Origin: Podarcis pityusensis
Lineage: Eukaryota
Direction: 5' to 3' (one strand)
NCBI GenBank assembly: GCA_964106645.2
Contig: OZ067038.1
Length of the DNA stretch: 64,000 bases
Each line of letters begins with the position of its first letter. The stretch's first letter is position 1. Position numbers and translations under genes: made by a program. This document shows positions 11,459 to 24,200 of the stretch, one piece after another. The notes beneath the pieces are model-generated. The model did no database searches, was not told the origin of the DNA, and saw only the letters and a list, made by a program, of their open reading frames with translations.

Positions 11459-13949
11459 ATAGGCTTCCCATAGAATAGGGTATCATAAAAATCCAGGCCA
11501 AGAAATTTCCTATAAAGTGACATTGCAGAGCACAGATTGCACAGTAAAAAATTAAATGTAAAAAGGCTTGTCAAACAAGTGGCTAATGTTGCAGAAAAAG
11601 TCAAACAATTCAAAACTACTCCAGTGTGATCAGAAAGAAAACATTAAGGCTGCAATCCTAATCCCACTTACCTGGAAGTAAACCCCACTGATGTTAATAG
11701 GACCTACTTAAAAGTAGACATAGTTCTGTTAGTCATAAAATCCAGCTGTTTTGGATATTTGCAATTTGTAGTAATAACAGTTCAGCATGCAATTCTACAT
11801 ACTGGAAACTGCAATCAGCTAGCACCTTTAGTGGGCTATGGAAACAATTTGAGCAAACTAAAATTGAGCAAATTTGTATCTTTAATACACCTGCTCTAAA
11901 GGTGGATTAAGGTGATTTCATGTAAATGCTGTTATTTAATACACTTCATCTTGGCACTAGCCAACTCTATGTGTTATCCCTTGATATTGGAGAGTAAAAT
12001 ATGATAAGCTTTATCCTCCATACAGCTTGAAGCCACCACTAAATATAATTTTAAAGGGAGAAACTATTTGAAACCTTTTGCCCAGGGGTCAGCCAAACAA
12101 AACTACAGCATATTTTTAAAATGGAAAGAGGTATTTATGCACAGCTGCAGCGTTTTAATGTGTGGGAACTAGCAAGTCTGCCCATTTAAAAGAATCAAAT
12201 GCTTATCACATCACTTTTCATTATCCAGAGATCAGTTCCCACCACTATCACTGAAGTTTTGTGCATATGTAATTAAAGTTTTGCTTACTTTTTGCAGTTT
12301 AAGGCAAAAACAAAGAGCAGCATTATCAGTCACTCGAGCCCCCAGGTAGGCCTGCAAGGAATTTGTGACTTTGAAGAATGTATTTGAAAAGTTTGTTATT
12401 CCATTAAAACCTGTTTTGTAAGTAATGACACACCCTATTTCAGAATACAGAGACACTGTTTTCTATCTTGGGGTCTGGCAAATCTCTGAGGAAGAATAAT
12501 CTTATAAAATTGCCACTTTGATACCAGCAATTGGTCTATTACGTATAGAATTTGAAGGAAGAATTCAAAGGCAGGAAGATAAAAGCAAACTGAGGAAATT
12601 ACTGACACGCTGCTTACATATAAAATGCATACATACATAGTTTTTACAACTCCTTAAACTTACATTTTGCTGAACTTGAAATATGCTTTAGGCACTCATT
12701 TCATCTCATTTTATCAATACACATAGCACCAAGGGATAAAATGACATCCATATTAGATTTTAATTCTAAAAATAAATTTAAGACAAACTAGTGCCACAAG
12801 GATTATAAACCAGCTCTTGAGCGTCACAGTTTTTGAAACTTTATCACAATAAGCTATGAAAAGGAAGTGGGAGGAAGACACATTAGCTTGTCCAAAATCT
12901 AGAAAACTGCAGGTTTAAAGAAATTAAGGTGGAAGAGTGTGCCATACCGATCTAGGTTTTTCTGACAAATTCAATTTTTTTTACTAAAATGTGCTTTTAG
13001 CCCACTCTTCCAGGGCAAGCTGCAATAAAACAGCATGAAAGATAACATAATCTAATAATAAATACCAAGGCATTAAGATGTATGTGAGATTCTTGGCCGT
13101 ATTCAGCACAACTTCAGAACAATCCCAAACAGATTTACTCAAAAATGAGGCCTATTAAGTTCAATAAGAATTGCTTTCTACATATTGATAAGATTGCAAT
13201 CTTATACGTCTATTCAAAAGTAAACCATATAGAGTTAAATAGGAACTTACTCCCAAACAAGTGGGGATAGGACCACAGCCTTGGTAGCCAAATGCAAGTG
13301 ATCAGGCCGGCAGACAAACCATGAAACCACACCCAACATAGAAACCAAGAAAACTGTGAGATTATAGGAACCTGCTGCTCCGCATTCACCACACAAATAT
13401 AGCAGACTTTTTGCAAGATAACCAGAATTCTCCCTTTTCCCCTCTGCAGGCTTCCAGCAAGCTTTTAAATACCGTACTCTTGAAGCCGAGGAGCTTTTTG
13501 TAGTCTTATTTACAAAAAGGTGCCTTAGAAGTGAGCCATGATGGTGTAACAGGTTGCTTCCTCTGCCTTTGATCTTATTAAAAGTAGCTGCACCTGATAA
13601 AGAAACTGATGTGAAAGGATTGCCCCTTCAGTCAGGAGATTAACAATTTTGACAATGGGCATTGTTGACTATCAACACCAAGATTAGAATAGCCACTATT
13701 TATTACGTTTTGTCTGAGAACTCTTGTGCATTTTCCTGAAATAAAACACTGTCAGCAGAGGAAAAAGAGCTTAAGTTACATATTGTTGGGAACCGCCCTG
13801 AGATCTATTGGGTATAGGGCGGTATACAAATGTAATGAATAATAAAATAAAATAAAAATAAAAATATACACTACAGCTAAGGGGCAGCTTCTTCTCGCCT
13901 AGGAAAGCTGAGGCCATTTTGAAAACCAGCAACGTAAAATTATTTCACA

Positions 13950-15260
13950 GCTCCTCCACTCACGAGGACTTCCTGGACTTCACATAGAAATGAATGCATG
14001 ACTAGCTTAAAGACCGCGAAGCCTGCGCAACCACTAGGAGGGCGTAAGCGCCAGACTACAATTCCCACAGTCCTTTGCGCCTCGCCAGACTGGAAAGTAA
14101 ACAATAATGGGGGGGGGGGGAACCCGCTACCTTTCAACACTTTCGAGGCTAACCAGCATAGAATGGTGTAATATTTTTTAAATGCCTATGCCAGGTTCAT
14201 CAAATACAAGGTAGATATAACCGCCGTTGTGGACTGGAGCTGGTATTTTTTTTCCCAGAGAACGATTAAAAACCGCCCACAGTGACGTCAGAATCAGACC
14301 GATCAGGGCAGGAGGGTCGTTCTGCGCAGGCGTAACGCGCGGTAGGCGGGGCTACCGTGGTCTCCCTCGAACTGCCGGGGGCGGGACGGGGGCGGAGCTC
14401 GCGGCGGCGATAAGAGGAGGGGCGGCGCTCTGGCCCTCTGTGTCCCTCGCAATCTCGGTCGCTGGCGCAGCGTCTGCGCGGCTGATTGGCTGGCCGACTC
14501 GCCGCACGGAGGACCGCCGGCCTTAGGCCAAGAGCAGTCCCTCTGGTGCTTCGTCCAGGCGGTTGTCCGGCCGTGAGGCAGCAGCCGCGATGGGCTCCCG
14601 GGCTTCCACGCTGCTTCGGGACGAGGAGATTGAGGAGATCAAGAAGGAGACAGGCTGTGAGTACCGAGAGAAGCAGCTGGAGACCGGGGGCGCTGGGCTG
14701 GCCTTGCTTTCTGCGGCCGACACCCATTCACGGTCTCGTAACGCGAGGCGGGCGGGCGGACGAGCGAGCCACCTGCGTTTTTTCACCTTCCAGGGCCGAA
14801 GGTGTCCGGGCTGAGGGAAGAGGCGTCGCTACTTGTCAACCGCCATTCCCCGCCGATATACCTGGGAGCCTTTTCGGCGGCATTGGGTGACCCTTGACTG
14901 AGGCGCCTGTGGCTTGGCCTGAGTCGGGGTCGCCCGCAGCCCGGGAAGCTGTGTGGGAAAGGAAAGGAACTTCGGCAGGTGCCGCTTATCCTGTCACAGG
15001 ACTCGGGAGTGAGAAGTGGCACCTGCCGACATTCCTCCTCCTGCGCACCTCTTAAAAGTACAGGAGCCCCACATTCTGTTGCCTCTGGTCACCTTCTTTT
15101 GCCGCGTGACGTGAAAGGTCAAGTTCCCAAAGGCGTGTCTCCTTCCTCTTCAAGTTGCCCGGCTGCCAAATTCTGGTACAAGGTATGCTGCGTGAGGCGC
15201 AGCCTATAGTTACCGACCTGATAAACTTGGCACGTAGGCGTCGATACTATTCCGACCGAA
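13950..15260. promoter_or_regulatory. CpG island, shared EXD1/CHP1 divergent promoter
   Basis: CpG-dense; ZNF143/SBS-type ACTACAATTCCCA 14055-14067; full CRE TGACGTCA 14283-14290; GC box 14389-14397; inverted CCAAT 14485-14489. Confidence 0.85.
14590..14656 (+). CDS. CHP1: CHP1 exon 1 coding part
   Basis: gccgcgATGG start; MGSRAS...KETG; donor T|gtgagt. Confidence 0.97.
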
Positions 15261-18200
15261 GTATCTTGATACCTTGTGTGTGTGGTAGCCTTCTGTAAGA
15301 GAGGAGAGGGGTTTTTTTGACGTCTGACTGCTGTGAGTTGCCCTCCCCTTGATGAATCGGCAACATCTGAACTTTCGAAATGGTTGCAACATCAGTTTGC
15401 TATGTGCTGTTTTAAAGTCAAATGTTCAACCTGACAGTGGGTTGGAGGAGCATTTTTATCGTACTTCACCCTGCCTTAGTGATTTTTAAAATTATTCTGC
15501 TTAATTTGCCCCGTATAATTATGGGGGGTATAAAGCCCTTGTAGGAGCTCTTTCCATGTGAGTTGTAGCAGAGTAGAGAAGGGAAAACAACTCTACACAG
15601 GCCCTCTTAATTACAAGTGCTACGCTTGTTCCTGACGTAAGCATTCAGGACAAGTTCTAGCTTAAATTAAGCCTCTATTTGTTGTGAATGCTCCAACCTG
15701 TATCAAAAGTGTTGCTTGCTGCATTCTAGATTTTCTTTCAAAGTGTTAAAGGTGCCCCTCCTGCAGTTCTATGAATCTAAGTGCCATGCACATTGGTGGC
15801 ACATTATTTATGTATAGAATGCATTTCCTCTTGACATGCACTGGAGCATTCAAAGGACTGGTTAACATTTTTTATTTCATTTATAAATTCCTTTCCATGA
15901 GACACCCTGAAGCAATTGTGTAAGCAGTTCTGATAGTCTTTAGCACAACTTTATTTAGGGCACTTTTGATATAAAACATATTACAGCCTTTATCTTATTA
16001 CAAAGATGAACACCCACATGATATCGTTGGAATTCTCATTTTACAGCTTGTTTTCTGAGGCTCAGATAGCAACTTGCCTAAGGCCTCTTGATGGCTCCAT
16101 GGCTTAGTAATGTACATCTCCCATAGCCCAACAGAACGTTATATAGTGGGCAAAAATATAACAGAAAACAAATGTGCTATTAGGTTATAGCTACAGACTA
16201 GTTACACATGACTATTATTTTTCCTACCCCAGTTCTGGATTAGCAAATCCCGTCTACTGTTTTGACTAGTAGCAAATGACAATATATCCATCTACAGATA
16301 TTTGATTCCTAGTATGTAGCATGTAGTTAGTTCGCTTGAAAAAATAGGAAACGTGAAAGTACAAAAGTTCAGTCAGGACATTCCATTTTCTAAATTGCCA
16401 ACATGCAGTTCCTGGTAGTGCCAGGTGATCTGTGGATTACTGCCTTATTGCATAATTGATCTCACCTTTTTCAATTGTTTAATTGCAATGAAAGAAGCTA
16501 ATAATATATTATTTCCAATAATTACTTTGTGTATGTAAGCAACTACTGTATTTACCATAGGGATATAGCATGTCTATACAGGTAGGCTTACTGAGAGTAA
16601 CACAGTAAGGAGGAATTCTAGAGGAAACTAAGCAAAAGCTACAGTCACTAATTATTGCTCCTTATGATACATGCTATATTACATAGTTTAATGCTCTAGT
16701 AGCTACTGATTTTTTTCATTACTGGTTCAATGGTACAAACTTGGCACTAAGAAAAACAAATTCAATTAGATTTTGTCGTCATAGTGCTATCAGTTTAATA
16801 TAGGGGTCGGCAACCTTTTTCAGCCGTGAGCCAGTCCACCGTCCCTCAGACCATGTGGTGGGCCGGACTATATTTTTTGGGGGGGGGGAGAGAACAAATT
16901 CCTATGCCCCACAAATAACCCAGAGATGCATTTTAAATAAAAGCACACATTCTACTCACATAAAAACACGTTGATTCCCGGACCGTCCGCAGGCCGGATT
17001 GAGAAGGCGATTGGGCCGCATCCGGCCCACGGACCTTAGGTTGCCTACCCCTGGGTTAATACTACTATTCTGAGTAGTGCTTTATTCTCGGGAAGCTAAA
17101 TTTTATGTTATGCAATTATTTGACCCTTAATAAATAGAATTATTAGCGGGAGCATAAGGTGTATAGAAGCAGCCCAATGGTTTATATTCAGTAGTGGTTT
17201 GGGGCTAGCAAAAAGCATCCCTGCTTTTTACATTTTCTTGTTGGATGTCTGTATGTGGCTTATGGTAAAATAAACTAGCACAGCTTTCTCAGATCAGCAT
17301 ATTTTTGAGAAAGATGTTAGCAGCAGCAACAATATTGTATGGACATCACATATACATTTACTTATATATTAGTATGAAATGCGAAGGCTTTTAAAAATGA
17401 GCCAAAATAGTAAATTTGCTGGCAAGAAGCAGAAATAGTACCTGAAGAATACTGTTTATTCAGTAAATGTCTGGATCACTAAACATTTAAGAAAAGGTCA
17501 GAAGACTGGGATTGACACATCAACTGAATAATCTGAATCAAAATTGGAAATTATGTAGTACCTTTTTAGCCAACTATAGAGGAATGAGCCATCATAGAAA
17601 ATGATCTTGGCAGCCTGTCAGAGCAGCAATTTCTAGAAAAGTGTGCATTCCAGATACTATTGCTGTGAAACAGTTTCTAAGGATAGCTTATGTCTATCAT
17701 ATTCTTATGTTCCTAGTTTTAATGAAAGGGCAGTTATGTGAGGTGCTGATTGGGAGTCATTCATCCTTAACACCTGCAGTTCCTAATGCCAGCTACAATG
17801 TCTTGCTATGGGACATTTCTCATGTGCTTGCTAAGATACACAATGACTGCAGAGACTACATCAAAGTGTATGATGTTAATTGTGTGCTTTTCAAAGTCAG
17901 GCTTTGGCATTGGCTGGATTTGATATTTATTTTTTGAGATTAGGCCCTTGCTGTAGTTGAGATCACACTTCATGAAGACTGCAGACGAGTTATGGTCTTG
18001 GCAAGGCTACACATAAATACATTATAAATCAGAAACTTTAATGTGCATATAAGTGTTGCTATTTTATGCTTTATTCAGTGATTCTGTTTTTCATTGTAAG
18101 CAAGATTCATTACAAAAAACAACATTGTTAACAAATTCATTGTGCACAAGCAGTTGTTTGGACTACAGTCTACTTTAGCAGATACAGCATCTAATGGAAA

Positions 18201-21200
18201 AGTCCATGGAAGCTTATGCTACAAGTCCTTAAGGTACCACAACAGTCTTCATTGCAAGAGACTAGCACAGCTATTGCTCTGGCAAGAGAAGTTAGAGATG
18301 GCAATCTCATTGCATATAATTTATGCAAGAATTTATGTTTTTGTTTTGGTGAAGTATACGTTTCAGTTACTGTCTCAAGGCTTATTTAAGAAACAGATCA
18401 GGTAGCTGTTTATCATAATTGTCAAATTCATGGGGTCAATCCAGTTGGTACCTTTGTGCCCATGGATAGGTATTTGATCAGTTGAATGCCTCTGCTAATG
18501 AACGAAAGCTGGTTGCTTGCTGCAGCCCCCAGTGTCCCCAAAAATTGGCTCCAGGGTTTGGGGACCCTTTTGAAAAGGGTAGACGATTGGGGGACTGTCT
18601 GGGAAAGCCCACATTGGGAAGGCAGCCCTGTTTAGGGAAGCTTTTAATGTTTGATGTATTACAGTATTTTAATATTTTTTTGGAAGCCGCCCAGAGTGGC
18701 TGGGGAAGCCCAGCCAGATGGGCGGGGTATAAATAATAAATTATTATTATTAAAAAGTAAAGGTAAAGGGACCCCTGACCATTAGGTCCAGTCGTGACCG
18801 ACTCTGGGGTTGCGGCGCTCATCTCGCTTTACTGGCCGAGGGAGCCGGCGTGCAGCTTCTGGGTCATGTGGCCAGCATGACTAAGCCACTTCTGGCGAAC
18901 CAGAGCAGCACACGGAAACACCGTTTACCTTCCCACCGCAGCGGTACCTATTTATCTACTTGCACTTTGACGTGCTTTCGAACTGCTAGGTTGGCAGGAG
19001 CAGGGACTGAGCAATGGGAGCTCACTCTGTCGTGGGGATTCGAACCACCGACCTTCTGATCGGCAAGTCCTAGGCTCTGTGATTTAACCCACAGCGCCAC
19101 CCGCGTCCCCATTATTATTATTATTATTATTATTCCTTCTGCTTCCATTAACAGAGGTGTTCACTGAATCAAAAGCCTGAGTGCAAGGCCACCAGTTAGA
19201 TCCCACTCATAATTAATTACACCATCAGTTTTTGTAATAAGAGTTTTTGCAAGCTCATCTCAATGTCGGAAACCCCCAACTTGCTGTCAAACACTTAATT
19301 AAATGTGGCTTACCTACTGTGTGTCATAAAGCCCCATGTCCATTAACTTATAAAGAAGAGTCTTGTTGCAAATAACTCAAAGTAAAAATATGTGGCTTTG
19401 CATATAATTACAAAAAAAATGTATGACAAAACTATGAATACCATGTGTAATATTAAAATGGTTCTTTCAGCTATTTGGCAAATAGGCCACTGCACTTGGA
19501 CTTTGAAATGTAAATTACATGGTGGTGATTGTTAGTCAGACAAGAACAATATCCAGATTATGTGTATCAATAATTTTTTTAAACTTTCTGCCTGGAATGT
19601 TTGCATTTCATAACACTTTTTCAGATGTTTCCTTAGTTAATATCAAGAGAAAAAGACAAACCTAGTCTTGTAACCTTAGCTGCTTAAAGTTTCAGACACA
19701 CTCTTGTTTTAAAGTTATAGTTTGCTGGGGAATAATGCAAATGGACCCTGCAAATTTACTCATCAAAATTAAAAATAACTATTTCAGGGAGAGCTTTGTA
19801 GCCAGGGAGATCTACCTTAGCTACTTAAAAGGCTATTGGTAGTGAGGAGAGGATGTGCCATATTTTCATTGAAACCTGGCATCTACAGTATTTTTTGCTA
19901 GGTAAAGCTAGTCACTGAAACCAGTATGATAGATCAGAAAATTTAGAATACTGTATTCGTATTCTTTTATCAGAGCCCCGGGGAACAGCTTTTTAAAGAG
20001 AGATCAAGTTGATTCGTGTTCTGTGGAATTAACAAGGTTGTTCCTTCCTCAATTTAGCATGCTTTAAAACCATTTGGAATTGCTTTAATGGAGTTTTTTG
20101 CAGTGTTGGCAGCTGAGTGGTTTAAACTTTAAACTACTTTCAGCTGGAAAGGAAACTAGATTTTATCCAGAGGCTGAGGTAGCCTAGGGCTCCAGAACTG
20201 TCTGAATTTAAAGAGAGACTAGGAACAGGCTTCCCTCTTAGCCAAGTCAGTGGACTAGTTAGTACTTCAGCCTTGTAGTTGGCCTTTGCCTGGTTGCCAT
20301 AGGTGACAAGGAATTGGTTGCAAACAAGTGTATGGAATCCATCCTGGTGAGCTGGTGAAGGAAGGACAGATTGTCCACTTGGTTTCTGTGCAGGTCACAG
20401 AAAAAGTGAAGCACTTTCATCTACAACCAACAAAAAAATGTGGTAGTCTGATGGGAGAGGAAAATATATCTGTTCCTCACCTACAGGCCTACTGTATTTG
20501 TTAGCTATAGGCCACTAGACATCAGTCTGCATGCAACCTTGGAAATGTTTTGTGGACTTTCTGGCAAGGCTGTAATAAATTTACCTATGTCATACCTCTT
20601 CTTAAGACATGTCTGTTTAGTGAAATGTTTTACCAAATGCTATTTGTCTAGAAAGAGGTACTGGAACTCACCATGAATGGCTCCCTCGTTGTCTTAGAAT
20701 GGCAATGGCGCCCATCTGAGAGGTGGCAGAACTAAATTGCAGCGAGTTCCAGCTGAAAAAAGCCCTGGTTTTACTAATAAAGGAGTGAAATGTTTTACCA
20801 ATAGAGGGGTAATAGGACTTAAAATCTGAATGGAGGTCATTTTAAAATGTAAACATCCAGCAAAATCAATGTCCTGACCCCTGAAATGTAATAAAATTAC
20901 TCTTACTCTGTATTGAGTAGTGTGGATTAATTAATTTTAAAATGTTGCTGTTCAATTGTAAGTTTTAATTTATTTTTGCTTCAGTTTCCCACAGTCAGAT
21001 TACTCGTCTGTACAGTCGGTTTACCAGCCTAGACAAAGGAGAGAATGGCACTCTTAGGTAGGTACTCTTTAGCAAACTTCATTGTACTGACTCACTGCTT
21101 TTGCTTAGTGCCTTACTGTATTAACTTGCTCACTGCCTCTGCCCAGTTTCCCTTGATTTACCCCCTCTAGCTGCAGCCCTCTTCCTCCCATTCCATGCAT

Positions 21201-24200
21201 TTCCTGAGAGTCCTCTGATCCCCAGAAGGCTATTTGGGACACACATTGGGATGCAGTGGGGGAAGGAGGAACCAGAGAATTCCTGTTGTTTGAGTGTATT
21301 GGGTGCAACCCATAATCCCTGTTCAGGTTTTATGCTTCATGCAGTTACAATCATGTGAGGGACAATGGGACTGCACTTACTCTCACTGTTGCATTACCTG
21401 CCAGTTCAGCCCCCTGCCCTGTATATGTTGGGAGGAAGGTCTACTACGTACATAGACTGTCAGGGAAGAGTTAGAAGTTTCCAGTTTCTCAGAGGGAGAA
21501 AGCATTCGCCAAGGGGGGAAGGAGAGCAGTGAATCTAACAGAAGAGAGCAAGAGGAACAACTGGGAGGGACCGGCTGTTCACAGGAAAGGCAAGGGTTAA
21601 GTTCTAGCTCAGATTCGGAGGAGGGGAGATACAAGACAGCTCTAGCCAGGAGGTTAGAAAAAAGAGCGGGAAAGCGAAGGGAAAGGCGCCTTCGCCATTT
21701 TGAGGGTGGCTGGTCATGGAGAAGCAGAGCTCAGAAGGTATCTGAAATAAGTGACTCTGAGGAATAATAGTTAAGAACCGTTTATAAGATTGTTTTGTTA
21801 ATACACAATAAAAAGTTTTATAAAAGAGCAAGAAGCGTTTGTGTGGTGATTTGAAGAGGACAACGACCAGTCCTGACATAGACTTTCCCCTTTGCAATCC
21901 CAAACCCTGGGTCCTAAATTGTGTAAGGAGCCTTTGTACAAGGGTCCCATGTTCAACACCCCCTTCCACCAAAATGCATGTCTGAAGCTGTGTTTTAAGG
22001 AACAAAAGAGCGGGGCCAGTAACACATAGTCGAATTTAGAACACCAAGCCTTGTCATAATTGTCATAATCATATACATAATTGGGTAATATTAGTGGAGA
22101 TGAGAAATGAGCTGCGTACGTAACAATGCACATCACAGTAGAAGTACAGCATTTCCTTTAAAAACTTTCCCCTGCATTTCAGCAAAGCTTTCAAGGCAGC
22201 ACCATTTAAAAGGTGCTGAGGAGCAGAATTGAGAACAGCAAAGCAGTTGTTATTGTTGTTAAAATTTGTATACCGCCCTATACCTGTAGATCTCAGGGTG
22301 GTTCACGACATAAAATTACAATATAAAAAAACAAAATATGTGATGAGAACAGAAAATAGGAACAGAAATAAACCTCCGCTTCCATACGGGAGAACATTTA
22401 TTCCTTTTCCCACCCTCCATAAATCATTTTCCAAATTTGTAAGAAACACATATCTGGCCTACACAGAATATAAAAACAAGAAGGAATCATGTGACACCAT
22501 CAAGGCTTAACAGTTTTATTGTGGTATAAGTGTTTGTAGACAAGAGCCCACTTCATTGTGCCTTAATAATAAATCTTCTAATCTTTAAGGTACTACAGTA
22601 CTCCTGAGTTTTACTTAAACTGTTTCAGCTCAGAATACAGGGTAGATCATTTTTGTTACCTCTTGCCAAGTTGTCTTCCCTATATTTTGAGCCAAAACAG
22701 TTTAAGCAAGAGAAAAGATCATAAATTCATGTTAAGTATGAACGTGCAAAATTTCTAGTGAGTTGGTTAATTTGGGAGTGGCTGTAGGAATAAAAGTTCC
22801 AATTGCAGTGTGGCTTTGAATCCTGACTGATTTCAGGGCAGACTGCTATTTCTCAAACTTATGGACTCTCCAGAATGGCTAAAATGCCATTCTAATAGCC
22901 CATACCATATTGATGTAGATATTAATGTCAAAACAAAGTGTTCTTTTTAAACTGAAACCCACTATTTCTTACATTTATATCCTGCCTTTCTGCTGTCATG
23001 GAACCAAAGACAGTGTTTATATGGTTCTTGGACAATTGCACATCTAGGCACAGACCAGACCCATTTCTCACACCAGCATGCTGACAAATCCTCCCTTAAA
23101 TCCATCAAAATATATGGCTCCTGTAGTTGGAGTTAATCTCTTGACCTAAACAAGAGAGGATTATGAAATGAGGATTTGGAAGTAGATACAATCTTAGGAG
23201 CAACTTAGTTTGCTGTTGAAGATGGAAGTACAGAAAAGTCTAGAAACAATAACTTTTAGTATTAAAAAACCCTCTTTGTAAATAGATTGCAATGCTGATA
23301 ACAGTATTAACCGTATACTTTTATGTCAACAGACAAGGCAGGACAACTCATTACTTCATAAACTTGACTTTTTGTCACTTTCTCTTAGGATGAAATGTTT
23401 GAATAAGTATTAATGGTACTGTAAAGTAAGATGGAAAAGTCAAACTGAAATAAAAATGAAGCAGTAGTACAAACACGAGCTAGTTCTGTGGTGCATTCTC
23501 TCTGTTCAGACATTACAGAAAGTGGAAATGTTGCTGAAGGTATGCCCCACTCTATAAATATGCTACAATATGTGTAAAGTATATGGTTTGGCAGAGCGAT
23601 TTATTGAGTAGAAGATGTTTGGATTTCTGTGATTCAGAATAAGCCCAATGAAAGGGTGCTATTAGGCTTCAAAAACACATTAATTCATGGGTAGATCCTG
23701 TTGGATAGTGTTCTATGGCATGTGAACAGAAGAAGAAAATAATTCCTGTAAGTTCCAGTCTAAGCCAGGTGAAGTCGGTTTTGCTAAAAAAAACAACAAC
23801 ACACAGCTTGCTTTTCAGTATTCATTTACTTTTATGATGTGTGTAGTGTTTTCCAGTTAGTGTTCTTACTTGGATAATGTCCCCTTCATAAGCTCAATGG
23901 CTGGTAGCAATGACAGTAATAGATTTAAAATGCAATAGTTACAGTTGGTTAATGTTTAACCTTAAGCTAAGCCATAAAATATAGAAATTAGAAGCTTATG
24001 CATTCAGATTTCAGAAGCTGAATCTTTACAAACAGGGAGGGTATGTTTTAGAACACTGGAGAGTCTGACACATACATGCAACAGGAGATTTGCTGCTTTT
24101 CATATATCTGTCACACTGTTTGGACCCAAGGGGAGGTGGAGTACTTGGGGTGGGGGGGCAGGTTAACTCCCCCCCCCCCCTGCAATTTCTCCAGTTTAAA

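Noticed and set aside
22480-22606. Third, decayed Penelope-like remnant
   Set aside because: Hammerhead core and arm complementarity are too degraded to call.
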